From the NCBI GenBank assembly GCA_015680685.1, contig MNCI01002465.1, positions 609,268-673,267 of the forward strand: a stretch of DNA of 64,000 bases, read 5' to 3'. A model generated the notes under the pieces. It saw only the letters and a list, made by a program, of their open reading frames with translations, searched no databases and was not told the DNA's origin. Position numbers and translations under genes: made by a program. Numbering within the stretch: position 1 is the stretch's first letter; the number at the start of each line of letters is the position of its first letter. This document shows positions 28,020-40,749 of this stretch, piece after piece. Origin of the DNA: Gnetum montanum. Taxonomy: Eukaryota > Plantae > Gnetophyta.

Positions 28020-31000
28020 TTAGATACATGTAATATGGCTTTAGATAGGAATGATTAATCTAATTGGCCAACTCATTTGCATCCATGTCTGCTATTTTGA
28101 AAGCACCATTATCGTAGGCTTTAGTGACAAAGAAAGGTCCTTTATTGCTAGCTAAGAATTTATGCACATGTTTGTAGATAGCTTTGAGGACCAAGTAACC
28201 TTCCTTAATCTTACACTTTTTTGAGTCATGATGATGTTGTTGCTTCTACCTCTCTTGATACTTCTCAATGTGGATAAGTGGTTGCACACATTGCTCTTCC
28301 ACCAAGTCTAGGTCCATGGTACATAACTCCTTATTAGTTTCATCATTGATAAAGTTGGAAAGAGCTACTCAAAGTGATGATACATGCAACTAAAGAGGTA
28401 AAATAGCTTCAAAACCATAAACAAAGCTCTACATGGTTATGCTTGTTATAGTATGGTATGTTGTTCTCTATGACCAAAGTGCATGGACAAGCTGCTCGTG
28501 CCACTTACACCTACTATTGCTTAGCATCTTCTTAAGCAAGTTGATGATGGCCTTATTACTTACTTCAACTTATCCATTGGATTGAACGTAATAAGGTGAT
28601 GAGAAAGAGTGATTAATGCCTAGGTCATGATAGAAATTTTTCATTTCTTGGCTACTAAATTGTGGTCCATTTTTTGTTACTATGGTCATAGGTATACCAA
28701 AATGGGGTACTATACTATCAAGAATGAATATTTCGACTTTTTTAGATGTCTTGTTCCTTAGGTAAATAGACTCAACCCACTTAGTAAAGTATTTAGTTGT
28801 AGTAATGATGAAGCTATGCCCTGCAGAAGACTTACGCATTATAGGACCAATGATACTCAACCTCCATTGTTGAAATTGCCAAGTGGTCTAAGTGGTGTAT
28901 AACTTAGTTAGCTGTACTTGTATGAGATTGTTATGTCATTGAAAAGTGTCATAAGTTTTGACCTTTTGCAGGTAGTCACTTTCCATATAGGGCTAGCAGT
29001 AGCCTAATTGTCTAATCTTAGTGGCTCTAGGTCCTATATGCCCTTCACACCCATCCTCGTGAACATGCTCTAGGACTATTCTAGCTTCAGTTCTACCCAA
29101 GCACTTTAACAATATACCATTGTAGTACCGTTGACATTATGTGTTATCACCTACTATGACATACTTCTTTGATCATTTACATAAAGAATCCTTTTGAGTA
29201 GTAGTCAGGACTTGTGAAGATTCTCCATGCATAAGGTAAAACTTAGTCTTGTTGTACCACTCCTTTATAGGAATAGTATGAACTATGACAACAAGGTTAT
29301 CCTTAGTGTTCTACATGATGGGGATAATGCAGTGCATGGTCAGGATGGACAACTTACCAAACACATCTTGCATCACACCAAGGGCTAGCGTTGTGATGGC
29401 ATTGACTATAAGATTCTCATTTTAGGGTATGTGTTGGATATCAACATCTATAAATTTTTATAATAGTTTCTTCCTAAGTCATAGTATTGTAAATGTTTAG
29501 CTTTGCATGCATAAACCTTGGTTACTTGGTTGACCACAAGTTTTGAATCACCCTTGATCATTAAATGGTTAATCCCTAGGTTATGTTCTACCATCATCCC
29601 CCTAATCAAACCCTCCTACTCTACTATGTTGTTGGTACATGGAAACCCACAATGATAAATAAATGGTTGGATTTCACTAGATGGGAACATTATGAGGGTA
29701 GTGACACTAGTCCCATTAGTAATTGAAGCTTCATCAAATTACATGACCATCACATAATCCTTGGGCACTTGGCTAACAATGTTGATATGTTCATTGGGAA
29801 ACTTAGGATCTATGGTTTCTTGGTCATCAATAGGTGAAACTGTAAGTTGTACAACTACAACTTGACCTTTCATTGAGCATTGGGAAATGTAATGAAGGTC
29901 AAACTCCACTATTATGGCTTTCCATCAACCTAGTTGACTACTCTCATAAATATTGGTCATTATGGCTCTAAGTATGTTATCTTTGCAAATGACATTGACT
30001 TGGTTCCTAAACAAGTAATGTCTACACTTCTTCAATAAGAAGACTAGTGCTAGATAGTACCTCTCCACTTTAGTATATCATGTCTCATGGGGAAAAATGC
30101 ATGGTTATGATAGTATGTTGGCATTTCTGCTCCATCATCATGTTTTTGAGAGAGTAGAAAGGTATTGGACATGTCAAAGATAACAAGGTAGATGTAAAAT
30201 CATTTGCCCTCTTATGGAGGATAGACTATCATTAGTCATGGAAACTCTTGCTTAAGGTTTTCAAAGGCTTCCTGGAATTAAGTTATCCACTCATAGTGAA
30301 CCCCTTTCTTAAGCAAGTGTTACATGGGTTGTAACTTATCCATAAGCCTACCAATGAACCTATGAATAAATTGTAATCTACCTTGCAATCCCCGAAGCTC
30401 CTCAAGGTTAGTAGGCACTACCAAGTTGGAGATGGCCTTAACTTTATCATGATCAACACATGTTCCTACCTCTTTAGTAGGTTTAACACCAAAAACACAC
30501 TTATTAGGATTAAGTCTAAGTTTGAACTTAAGACATTTTTTAAGCATAAGGCCTAGGTCATTAGCATGGTCATTGGCCATTTTAGACTTAACAACTATAT
30601 TATCCACATAATAGCTAGGTAATCCTAATATGTAGTCACTAAAGACATACATCATAGCTCTTTGGTAGGTTGCTCCAGCATTCGTAAGGCCAAAGGACAT
30701 CATGGAATAGCAAAAGGTACCCTAAGGGGTCATGAAGGTCATACTGGGTTGGTGATCTAGGTTGATCCTAATTTGGTTGTATCTTGAGAACCCATCCATA
30801 AAGAATAATTAGGAATGTCTAGTCGTAGTATCAATGAGTTGATTAATACTAGATGAAGAAAAAGCATCTTTGATATTTACCCTATTTAGGTCTTAAAAAT
30901 TGATGCAAATATGAATACTCCTATTTTTCTTAGGAACTACTACTATGTTGGATACCCATTCTACATAGTCAACAACTCTAATGAAACTAGCTTGACATAG

Positions 31001-31480
31001 TTTTGTGATCTCATCATGAATTGCCAAGGCCAAATTAGGTCTAATCTTACACACTTTTTACTTAACTAGTCTAATTCTAAGATCTAGTAGTATGTTGTTT
31101 TGGACTACTCACGAGTCTAGACCTAGCATATCCTCATATGACTAGGAAAATCCTTGATGTTGTCTTATAGAACCTTGGTGATGTATTAAGATTATTAAGG
31201 TTCTAGTGTAGAACTTAGTTTAAGGATTTTCTCCTTACCACTATGTGTTGTGATAGGAACCTCAACTTGAGAGTCTTTAGTAATATCAACAACCTCTAGG
31301 TCAAGGGTTTTCACTAAGTTTTAAAGCCACTCTAGAGGTTTCTTAGTTGAGGTTATGTAATTTGCAAGATTCTCAGGCTTAATATCTAGGTAATTAAGGT
31401 TAATGAACCACTCAACATCATTGTGAGGTCCATGTAGGCATAGTGGATAACTAATTTTCTTTCATAAACTTATATTAATC
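28020..31480 (-). pseudogene. pol: B1 pol 3' part: RT (~30320-31200), RNase H (~29900-30200), additional archaeal-type RNase H (~29390-29750), integrase (~28020-29180)
   Basis: MSFGLTNAGATYQRAM, YVDNIVVKS (RT); FDEAS...FPCTNNIVE*EGLI.G...IKGDSKLVVNQV (aRH); VHEDGCEGH, YFTKWVES, FGIPMTIVTKNGPQF, SSPYYVQSNG (IN). Confidence 0.93.
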
Positions 31481-32155
31481 CTGCATGTTAACCAAACACA
31501 TATTAAGTATCACCTAGGTAGAGATGAATAAATAATGGTAAAATATTATAGAATCATGTCAACATACACTATTATAATTCCAAACATATTACAAATAAGA
31601 TTATCCAAGGCTATAAAGAGGTAGAAAATAGGCAAAAATAATGGAGTTAAGGATAAACAAAGGTTAGATAAAGGTTAAACAAAGGTCTAAAAGAGCCAAA
31701 TAAGGTGAAATATGAGGAATAAAGATAAAATGGTTAACAAAAGGCCTTGGTAGGCCATGGCTACATGGTGTCAAATGATTGTAGGGAAGGAAACTCCATC
31801 ACCCAATGTTAATATAAGATCAAATAGAGGCTAATGAGGTCATAATAAAGCAAATAAAAAAAATAGAAGGCCACACAAAGGCCATACTAGGCCAAGAATA
31901 TTAACAATGCAAAATAGTGCCAAAGCAAGTCAAAAGATCATGAAACAAGTTGAAAGATCATGAAACAAGTTCAAATCATGAAAAACAAGATGCATATGGT
32001 AGAATTTGGCTAATATTGGTCTAATGGGATTAGATTTTTCCAGTTTTAGGCTTTAGCAGGCCATGGTATTGGGCTACAGGGTTGTTGGAATAGTTACAAC
32101 ACATGAGGGGGTCATTTTAGGGCTATTTTGAAGTAAAAATGGCACTTTTTGTTCT

Positions 32156-35100
32156 GAATATGTTGGGCCCTACTAGTGACTATGCTAGCCCAACGTAGTC
32201 TTACATTCCTCCAATGTAGTTGACATTCATGGGTAGTTTCCCAAGCTTGGTATGGTCATTTTTAGGCTCCTAGTGGTTGAAAAAGCTAGTGCAAGGGGTA
32301 GGTATTGAAGATTGACAAGTTTTGACACAATTTTTACTTCTTAGAAGGCTAAAAATCTTAATTCCAATGGTGACTCCATTGGGTTAATAGCCTCCAATGT
32401 AGTCATAGGGAATGACTATGTTTTTATGGTTTCCAAGGATAAAATAGTGTGAAATTTACACTTGGAAGCCATAGGTACAAGGTTCTAGTCATTCTAGGTC
32501 AATTTTGGACCATCCTAAGCTAGTTTTTGTTGTCACATTTACCTTCCCAACTAGGACTACATTGGCCTAACATAGTTCTTAGGTTCCTTAGCATAGTCTT
32601 ACATGGAAAATGAATTTTGATGCGTTTTGGAGCTTGATCAATCATCCTAATTGGCTTCTGAGGTCACTAGTATTGTAGCTAGTTTTCATTCAAAAATTAC
32701 TAGTTTTCATGCTTGTTTGGGCCTTGGACAAAAAAATAATATGGGACTACACTAGGCATGTAGTTCTTACTGTAGTCAAGGATTTGGGATGAGAAAAGAT
32801 AAGGATAAACGTTGGCTCATTTCCCAATGTTCTAGGGTTTGGGCATGCTTCGGGAAGATTCTAGGTCTTTCTAGGAGTTTTTTTATGTAGTTTTGGGGCT
32901 ATCTTTGATCATCTTTAGGTGGACTATGCTTGGCATGTGTAAGGACTACACTAGCTCAATGCAGTCCTAATCTCTTGTTAATGTAGTAAATTTGAAAAAA
33001 TTGAAAGATAGTGTTGTACTACCCAAAATCAACTCCAATGGACCCTAAGACTCCTAAGAATGCACTTTAATCCATTTTCATTTATTTTAAAATAAGTTTA
33101 TGTGGACTATTTTAGGCTTGAAGAGGGACTACACTCACCCAACATAGCCCAAATTTTTCTTAGCATAGTCTAGTTCTTGAAGATAAAAAATGGTGCAAAA
33201 GGTGGCTTTCATGGCTAAACAAGCTACAGTGTTCTGCTAGGCTTGAATAGAAGTGGATTTGGTGTCTATTTGGTCCATTTTAGGTAGTTTTTTATGGACT
33301 AAATTAGGGTTTGAGAGGGACTACACTATCCTAGCATATTTTCAACCTCTCCTTAGTGTAGTCAATGTTTGGGAGCCCAAAAATGATGAGTTTTGTCTCA
33401 AATTCAAGGCATGATGGTTTCAATGTGTTGTTGCAAAGTTCTATAGTTGAAAAGGAGTGGTTTCTTAGTTGAATCTAACTTGGTTTGGAAGTCAATATGT
33501 GGACTACACTAGCCTTGGACTAGGACTATGCTAGCCCAATATAGTCCCAAATTTCCATTAGCATAGTCCAAGCTTGAGATGGTTGGTAGGAGTTTCCATG
33601 ATCAACAGAGGTTTCTAACTAGTTCCTAGGGCTTACCTATGGTAAATTTAGCTAATATTTTATAATTTTTAATGAATGTTTTTGTTGACTATGCTAGGCC
33701 TAGACAGGGACTACACTAGCTTAGTGTAGTTCCAGTCTCTCCTAGCATAGTGATAGTTGAGATGCTCAAAATGATGGGAAACTTTAGGATTCATTGCTAA
33801 AATAGCCTAGATGAGGGTTTATTGATAGTAGTTTTAGAAACTTTTTAACAAGTTGTCATCAAATTTTGGAGGACTGTGCTACATCTAGATAGGGACTATG
33901 CTTTTTGAATGTAGTCCCAATCTCCATCCAACATAGTTAGGCTGGACATGAGGAAAAGTAATAGAGAATGTTAGTTTTTGGAGTCAAAAGGGCATATATA
34001 AGGTTTTAGGATTTATTGAATTTAGGTCTTGTTAGGTAATTTTTATTAGTTTTCCATGGACTACACTGGCCATGGAGAGGGACTACATTGGCTTAGCATA
34101 GTCACAACCTTTCCTCAATGTAGTCAAGGTGGTGGTGGCTAAAAATGGTGAAAAATGGAGGTATTGAAGTCACACAGGCATGGGCAAGATTTTTAGGATT
34201 TCATTGATAGTATTTTTGGGCATTTGGGATAATTTTCAAAAAATGTTTGACTGAATAGGCTAGGGTGTAGTTGGGACTATGCTAGCACAACATAGTCCTC
34301 TCATCCTTATAGTGTAGTCATGGTGAAAGGTTGAACAAAATGTTGAAAAATTGTAGGCTCTATGGTCAAGTAGCCTCAACTTGTATTCTAGGTTTTTGGA
34401 AGCTTTATTTTCATGGTTCTTAGTGTCCTCTATCAATTTTTGATGGACTATGCTAGGTCTTGAACTAGAACTATGCTAGAATAGTGTAGTAATCCTCTTC
34501 CCATTAGTGTAGTCCATGTGATGAATGTCAAATTATGAAGGAAATTAGGTTTCATTGTCAAACAAGCCTAAACTAGGGTTCTAAGGCTTCCCATAGTTAA
34601 TTTACATTATTTTTGGTTTTTTTAATGATTTTAAGTTAACTACATTGGGCCTTAGATAAGTACTACACTAGCCTAGTGTAGTCCCCACTCCCCATCAATG
34701 TAATCAAGGTTTTCCTGATGAAAAGTAGAACATGTAGTAAGTTGTGACTTGATTTTCAATTCCATGATGACTTGGGGTTATTGGGAGGTGATTTGGAGTT
34801 TGTGGATGATGGATTCTTGAATTTTGAGTGGACTATGTTGGGCACCTACTAGGACTACACTAGCCTAATGAAGCCCTCTTAGTCCTCAGCATAGTCCCAT
34901 GTAGGAACTTAGATTTATGGATTTTGTTTGAGTTATTAGTCAATCGATTAGCAATTTAAGCTCACTAGGGGTCTTGGAAAGGTTTCAAGACTATAAAAAG
35001 TAGTGTTGGAAGTGTGTGATGGTCTATATGATGTTCTTGAACCTTAGACCCTAGGACTACGCTAGCCTAATGTAGTCCTTAGGCTACTACTAGGGTTTCA

Positions 35101-35594
35101 AGGGGTGGTATGTTGATTTGGAGTCAACTGGAGACTAAATGGAATGGATGGATGGCCTGGGACTAAAGGGAAGTAAGATGTCTTACTAGACTACACTAGG
35201 GATTCACTAGGACTACGATAGCCTAGTGTAGTCCTTTGTTCTCCATAGCATAGTTATGAAGGATGCTTAATTCTTGTTACAATGGAATGCCTTTGATCAA
35301 GTTTTGATGCTTTTGAGAGCCCTTGCCAATGTTCTATGAGGTATGTTAGTCAATTCAAAAGCAAATAGAGGCTGGATGGGCTTGGAGAAGTCCATTCCAT
35401 CTTGGACTATGCTAGGCATCAACTGGGACTATGTTGGCCCAATGTAGTCCTTAATTTCCTTCAATGTAGTCTTAGAGCAGCATCAATTTTTGGTAAGTTT
35501 GAACACCTTTGACCATGTTCCATAGCTTCAAGGAGGTAGGATGATGGGGTAATCAATTATAAGACTTCTAAGAGTGCCAAACCCTAATGTAGTC
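32156..35594. repeat. Array of ~18 nested-palindrome units (~68 bp core, ~190-200 bp period, divergent spacers)
   Basis: Cores start near 32156, 32555, 32921, 33104, 33296, 33501, 33687, 33871, 34058, 34249, 34445, 34638, 34830, 35189 and 35404, with partial cores near 32372, 32744 and 35054. Reconstructed consensus: GGACTACGCTGG-N~10-GGGACTACGCTGGCCCAGCGTAGTCC-N~11-CAGCGTAGTC. Confidence 0.9.
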
Positions 35595-35972
35595 ATTGTT
35601 TTTGTCTTGTTGTCTAGAGCACTTAGCAAGACCCATTCACAATTAACAAGTTTTCACAAAAATCTTCACACAACCCAACATAGTATCTAGTTTTCAATTT
35701 TGATGCTAACTTAACTGTAGTTATGCATGGAAACCATTTTAGTATTTGTAGCTAGGTTTAAGTGGGTTTTAGGTTGAAAACTTGGATAAAAAATAATTTT
35801 TATTTCACACTTCACTACTACACCCAAGCTAGAGATCTCTATTACTTCCATTGCTACACATTGTTTAGCTTTAGCATAGTGACCATTTCTTGTGGTAATA
35901 CTATTAATGTAGTCACCAAGACCACCAAAGTTTAATGATTTTCCATAATTTTCAACACCTATTTCTGGCATC

Positions 35973-38900
35973 ATGGTGAAGAAGGTGACTCCTACAAGGA
36001 ATCCTATGTTGGAGGATGTAGACACCACTACCTAGAACCTAGCATATCTACCTCATCCAAGAATTGGAGAAGGCTCTATCACTATTTTTCCAAAGTGCTA
36101 GTTTCTTACCAATTTTTCCAATCCTTTTTATGTATTCTATTTTCAAGGTTGTGTTCTATTTCTCACATCTAGGCTTGTATATTTGTTATTTTTGGATTTT
36201 TTAAAAATCACATCCTAGATCTAGGTCATGTTCATTCATTTTCAGTGTTACTGGAGTTTTGATTTTTGGTTATGTTTAAGTTTAAATGCTAGTTTCATGT
36301 TTTCTATGGTTTTTTTATCATTTCCACCCAAAAAAGCAATGTCAATTTTGGATTCTATCTAAGAAAATGGTTTGGTTTTGAATTTTTCTAAGGTTATAAG
36401 TTTATTTTCTATCATTTTTGGGTCAATGGGAATTTTGAACTACTCATTTTTTCGTAATGAATAACTCTCTAAGGTTGTTTCCATCAAGCTACATTAAGTG
36501 TGTTTTTTGTCCTAAGGCCATTTTTTGTCTAAGTTGTGCATTTTTTTCTATGGTGACTGCTTAGGAAATTTTAAGTTTAATTATTATGAATTTTTAGCTT
36601 ATGATTCAAGAATTCCAACAAATCTTGAATTAGTAAATTCGAATTAAAAATTTGGATCTTACAAACATTTTCGTCAACTTGCACAAAAATGGATTTTGGC
36701 ATGATGACTATAGTTAGTTTATTTTTGTCATTTTTTCTCAAAGTATGGTTAATAATTTTTATAGTTTCTTGTTATGGGGTTGTAGTTTGTTTTTTATAAT
36801 TCCAATAGCTATGGAATCATCAAATTTTCTTGAGAAGTTAATTTTTTATGGTCATTTTTGTTTGGTTGCATGAAATCATGGTTATAAGGCTATTATGCAT
36901 TTACCCTTGTGAAGATGGGCAACCTTGAGATTGCAAAAAACATTTTCTTCAATAGCCAATACTCTTGGGGGTATTTTAGGATATTAGGAAGGGGTTGGAA
37001 GCTTTTTGGATCAAAATAAATTTTTTTCATATTTTTTGCCAGTGTTTTCATACAACAATTTTGCTGCATAGCGTAAATTTCAATGAATCTTGGTTTTTGA
37101 CTTAGGTTGGATGTTGAATTTTTTATAAGTGTATAATTTTAACATGGAATTTGAAAAGTTATTCTTACATTTTTATTTTCATGTTTAAAACTCTAAACTA
37201 TGAATTCCATGTTTTCGGTTGCAATTAGTCATTGTTATGATTTTAGTGTTAAATTATCATTTTTGCATGTGGATTATTTTAATTTTTTTGTTTTAAGTAT
37301 CATTGACTATGTTTAATGGTTATAAGGCTATAAGGTTTGATGTACTAGTTGTGATGTTATCTTGCTTATTATTTTTTTGTACTTTGTTTAATTCTAGTTT
37401 TTTAATTTTTGTGTTTTATTTGCATGGTCATAATGGTTGTGTGTCAAATGTTATAGGGCTTTCTTGAAGCCCATCCTTATGGTCCTAGAGATGGTGGGAC
37501 TACTATGTTGCACACACCTCCATGGGCCTAACTCTCTAGTTCTAGATATCGAGTGGGATCACAATGGGATTATGGTTCAAGCCAAGGGCCAAATACTTTC
37601 TTGCTTATCTCCTACAAAACTTTAATGTGATGGTTTGATCACACTTGACATTTGAAGTAACAATCGTGATTATAGAGACCATCCTTCCATGGTCCTCTAG
37701 TTTAATCATCAAGTTCTTGATGGATGAACCTGAAGCTCACACGAAGGTAGAGAAATATGATGGCAAAACTACTATGGAAAATAGTTTAGTTATTGGCCAT
37801 AATGCACATACATTATTCCAAAACCCTCCAATCACCATTTATTGCATAGATGAATAGGTAAGGTTGTCTTTGATTTATGATTATTTTCTATCATTGTGTA
37901 CTTAAGTTATGATGGTTTATTGTTGTTTCACTTTCTTATAGGTTCATGATGGATGAGTGAGGGTTAATCAAAGGTGACAAACTCCTACTCCTAGTCCACA
38001 CAACTTTAGAGGTGTTTACCAAGAGCTTGAGCATGAGGCTTGCTCCAAACACATAGGCCCAAGACCCAGCAAAAGCTATGGGTGAATCACTATCTATCAC
38101 TACTAAGGGGATTAGTAGTAGGCATTGTGTATCCCCATACACCATGAGGGTTGAACCTCTCATAGTACAAGCTAGCATCAAGAAGGCTCACAAGTTATAG
38201 AAAGAGGCTAAGGGAATAGCTAGCACTAAGCTTAAGAGGCCCTTGGTGGATGAGATAGCACTAGTGATCGAGGATCCTACAAAGAAGCCAAGGTTGACCA
38301 TCAAGCTTAAATATGTGTGCTATGATTTTAGAGGTATTTTATATCTTGTTTTGTTATTTTGTTAATTTTTTTGAAGGTCATGGTTTTAAGTTAGTTGCAT
38401 GTTTTCCTTTTATGAAAAACATGATAAGTTGTTCCATGCTTTCACAATTCTTAAAAATAAGAAATAGGAATGGGAAACCATGACCACAACAACAATAATT
38501 GAGGTAGAGGAAAGGCATTAGGAGGAGAAAGAACTACAACATTAGGAAGAGGAAATATTAAAGCATTATGAGGATGATGTGTTGCAAAATGAAGACTTAC
38601 CTACTCTTCCTCCTATGGGACACTTTGACACCATGCTAAAGGATCCATAATTGAGTGAACCTCCTATCATGATATCAAAGGGCCTCTCAGGTAGTTATGA
38701 TCTTCAATTTTATTGTTATTCATGTTATCTTTTGTTGATTCATTTTTTTCTTTGGATATGGTTGTTAATTGATTACTACATTTGTTGTAGCACAAGAGTT
38801 ATAAGCAGAAGCTTCCACTTCCACTTCCACCTTCTGCATGCAACCATGGGTGGAAACCCTTGATAAACTTGAATTTATGCATGGTGTATCTAAATATATG

Positions 38901-40061
38901 ATTAGCCTATTATAGTAGATAGCCCCTAAGATTGGTAATAATTTTAACCTATTTTACCTTTATTTTCTTTTTTGTTTCTCGTATTTTATTCAATTTCCAT
39001 AATTATGTAGTTTTTGTTACTAAATGGTTTTATTTGTTGGACATTGTCTTATGTTGGTTATAGAGCCTAAATTGTGATGGGATCCTAACAAGCTAGTGAA
39101 GGTTGATGCATTGCCTTCTTTATCTTTTGATTTAGAGAATGTCCCACATGGGTTATATGAGGATGCCACTAGATGTGCACTCTCATGTGCTAAGTCCTTG
39201 TGGGAATGGAGATGCTCCAATGCGTTCCTATGAGAATAAGTTGTAGCATTGAGGAAGGAAAACAAGAAGTTGAAAGAGGAGGTGATAGACCTCCAAGACC
39301 ATAGAGATTTCATAAAAGCCCAAGTGAATAATAGAGACTCCTTACACACTAGTGAGATAACTTAGGCTCACTATTATAATGTAATCCAAGGCAAGATTTC
39401 CCTTGCCAGGTAGATAGAAAAATAAAATCTTCAAATCAATCTCATTAACAACAACGCTAGTGAATGTAAGGATTACTATGGTTGGGTCCTTGAGTGGGGT
39501 CATACATAAAAGAACCATAAAAGAATGCACAAAGCTGAATGGGATGCCTACCTTAACTGGCTAAAGGAGAAGTCTATAGAGTGATGATAGCTAGAATATT
39601 TCATGATGGGCATCAATGTGGAGGAGGTCTATAAAATGTTTGTGGAGAACATGGTTGTAGCCAACTCCCCTACTCATCAAATTACTACTACCTCTAGAGA
39701 AGTAACTACCGACACATTCTCACATGAGCCCTGTACATCGAGTGATGTTAATAGGGCTAATATCCTAACAAGTATTGATCTTAGGGATGTAGACTAGGCC
39801 AATATGTTTGAAGATCAAATCCTTCACCATCTAAAGGTTGGACTTCAAAGCTTCCTTGAAGAGCATGTAGCTTAGAAAACCATCTCATATTTTCTTGTTT
39901 TATATTTGGTTTTATTTTCTTTAAGTTATTCATTTTATCTTGATGTACATTGGTTACTAATAAATTTTGGTGTTATCATATCACAAGCACCAGATGATGG
40001 CAGTGTCCCTAATGGTGAAGGTGGAGATAATCCACTATCCACTCCTACAGATGCTACTTAG
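35973..40061 (+). pseudogene. Multi-exon accessory gene antisense to B1, between PR and RT; unknown protein with NLS-like and coiled-coil segments
   Basis: GT-AG T-rich introns at 37858-37941, 38691-38790 and 38935-39063. The latter two join the flanking frames in phase 1. Exon translations include KLKRPLVDE...PTKKPRLTIKLK, VVALRKENKKLKEEVIDLQDH and KAEWDAYLNWLKEK. The first exon and the junctions near 38334 and 39870 are less certain. Confidence 0.72.
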
Positions 40062-40749
40062 TTTTGTCAATTTCCTTTTAGTTTTAGTTATTTTGATTTC
40101 ATGTTGATGATGATGTATGGCTAGTGTTAGCCAAAATAGTTTATTGTTTAAATTTTTTATTGCTTTGACACTTTCGTTACACTATGTGGATATGATTATG
40201 ATTTTATGGACATTCTAACTTTAATTTTAACTTTAAATTTTAACTCTAGTTGTAATGTTATAGCATTATAGTTTTGTTTATGTTATGGTTCTATGTTGTA
40301 ATCTATGATTAAAGGTAACATTGGCTAAACTTAGTTGTCATGTAATAGAAGGTTAAAATAGTTATGAAACAAAGTCATAAACTAAAGCAAAAATGAGATA
40401 TAAGGGTGTTTGCTAGTTTTAGTTCATAGTGGGCCATGCAATATTTGCCAGTTGAAGACCATGGTAGGCTATATGGTATTTAAAAGAAAACAATTTTTTT
40501 TGATTATTTTATGTTTTAAATATTTTTATGGAATTTTCAATTTTAAAATTTTAATAACATTTTTGGATTTTTTTTAAGTAAAACGAAAAAGGCTTCAACA
40601 GTAAAAGAATGTAAAACAAAGGAAAACTTTAAGCTATAGGCAAATAAAGAATTCAACGTAAAGTAAAACAAGGTCACAAATACAAAAATAAGTAAAGTAT
40701 AAACTAGTCTATTGGGCTATAAGTACATATAGTTACAATGTTTTAAGTG

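Noticed and set aside
32156-35594. CRISPR array
   Set aside because: Repeat (~68 bp) and spacer (~125 bp) lengths are far outside CRISPR ranges, the repeats are degenerate, there are no cas genes, and the context is a plant retrotransposon.
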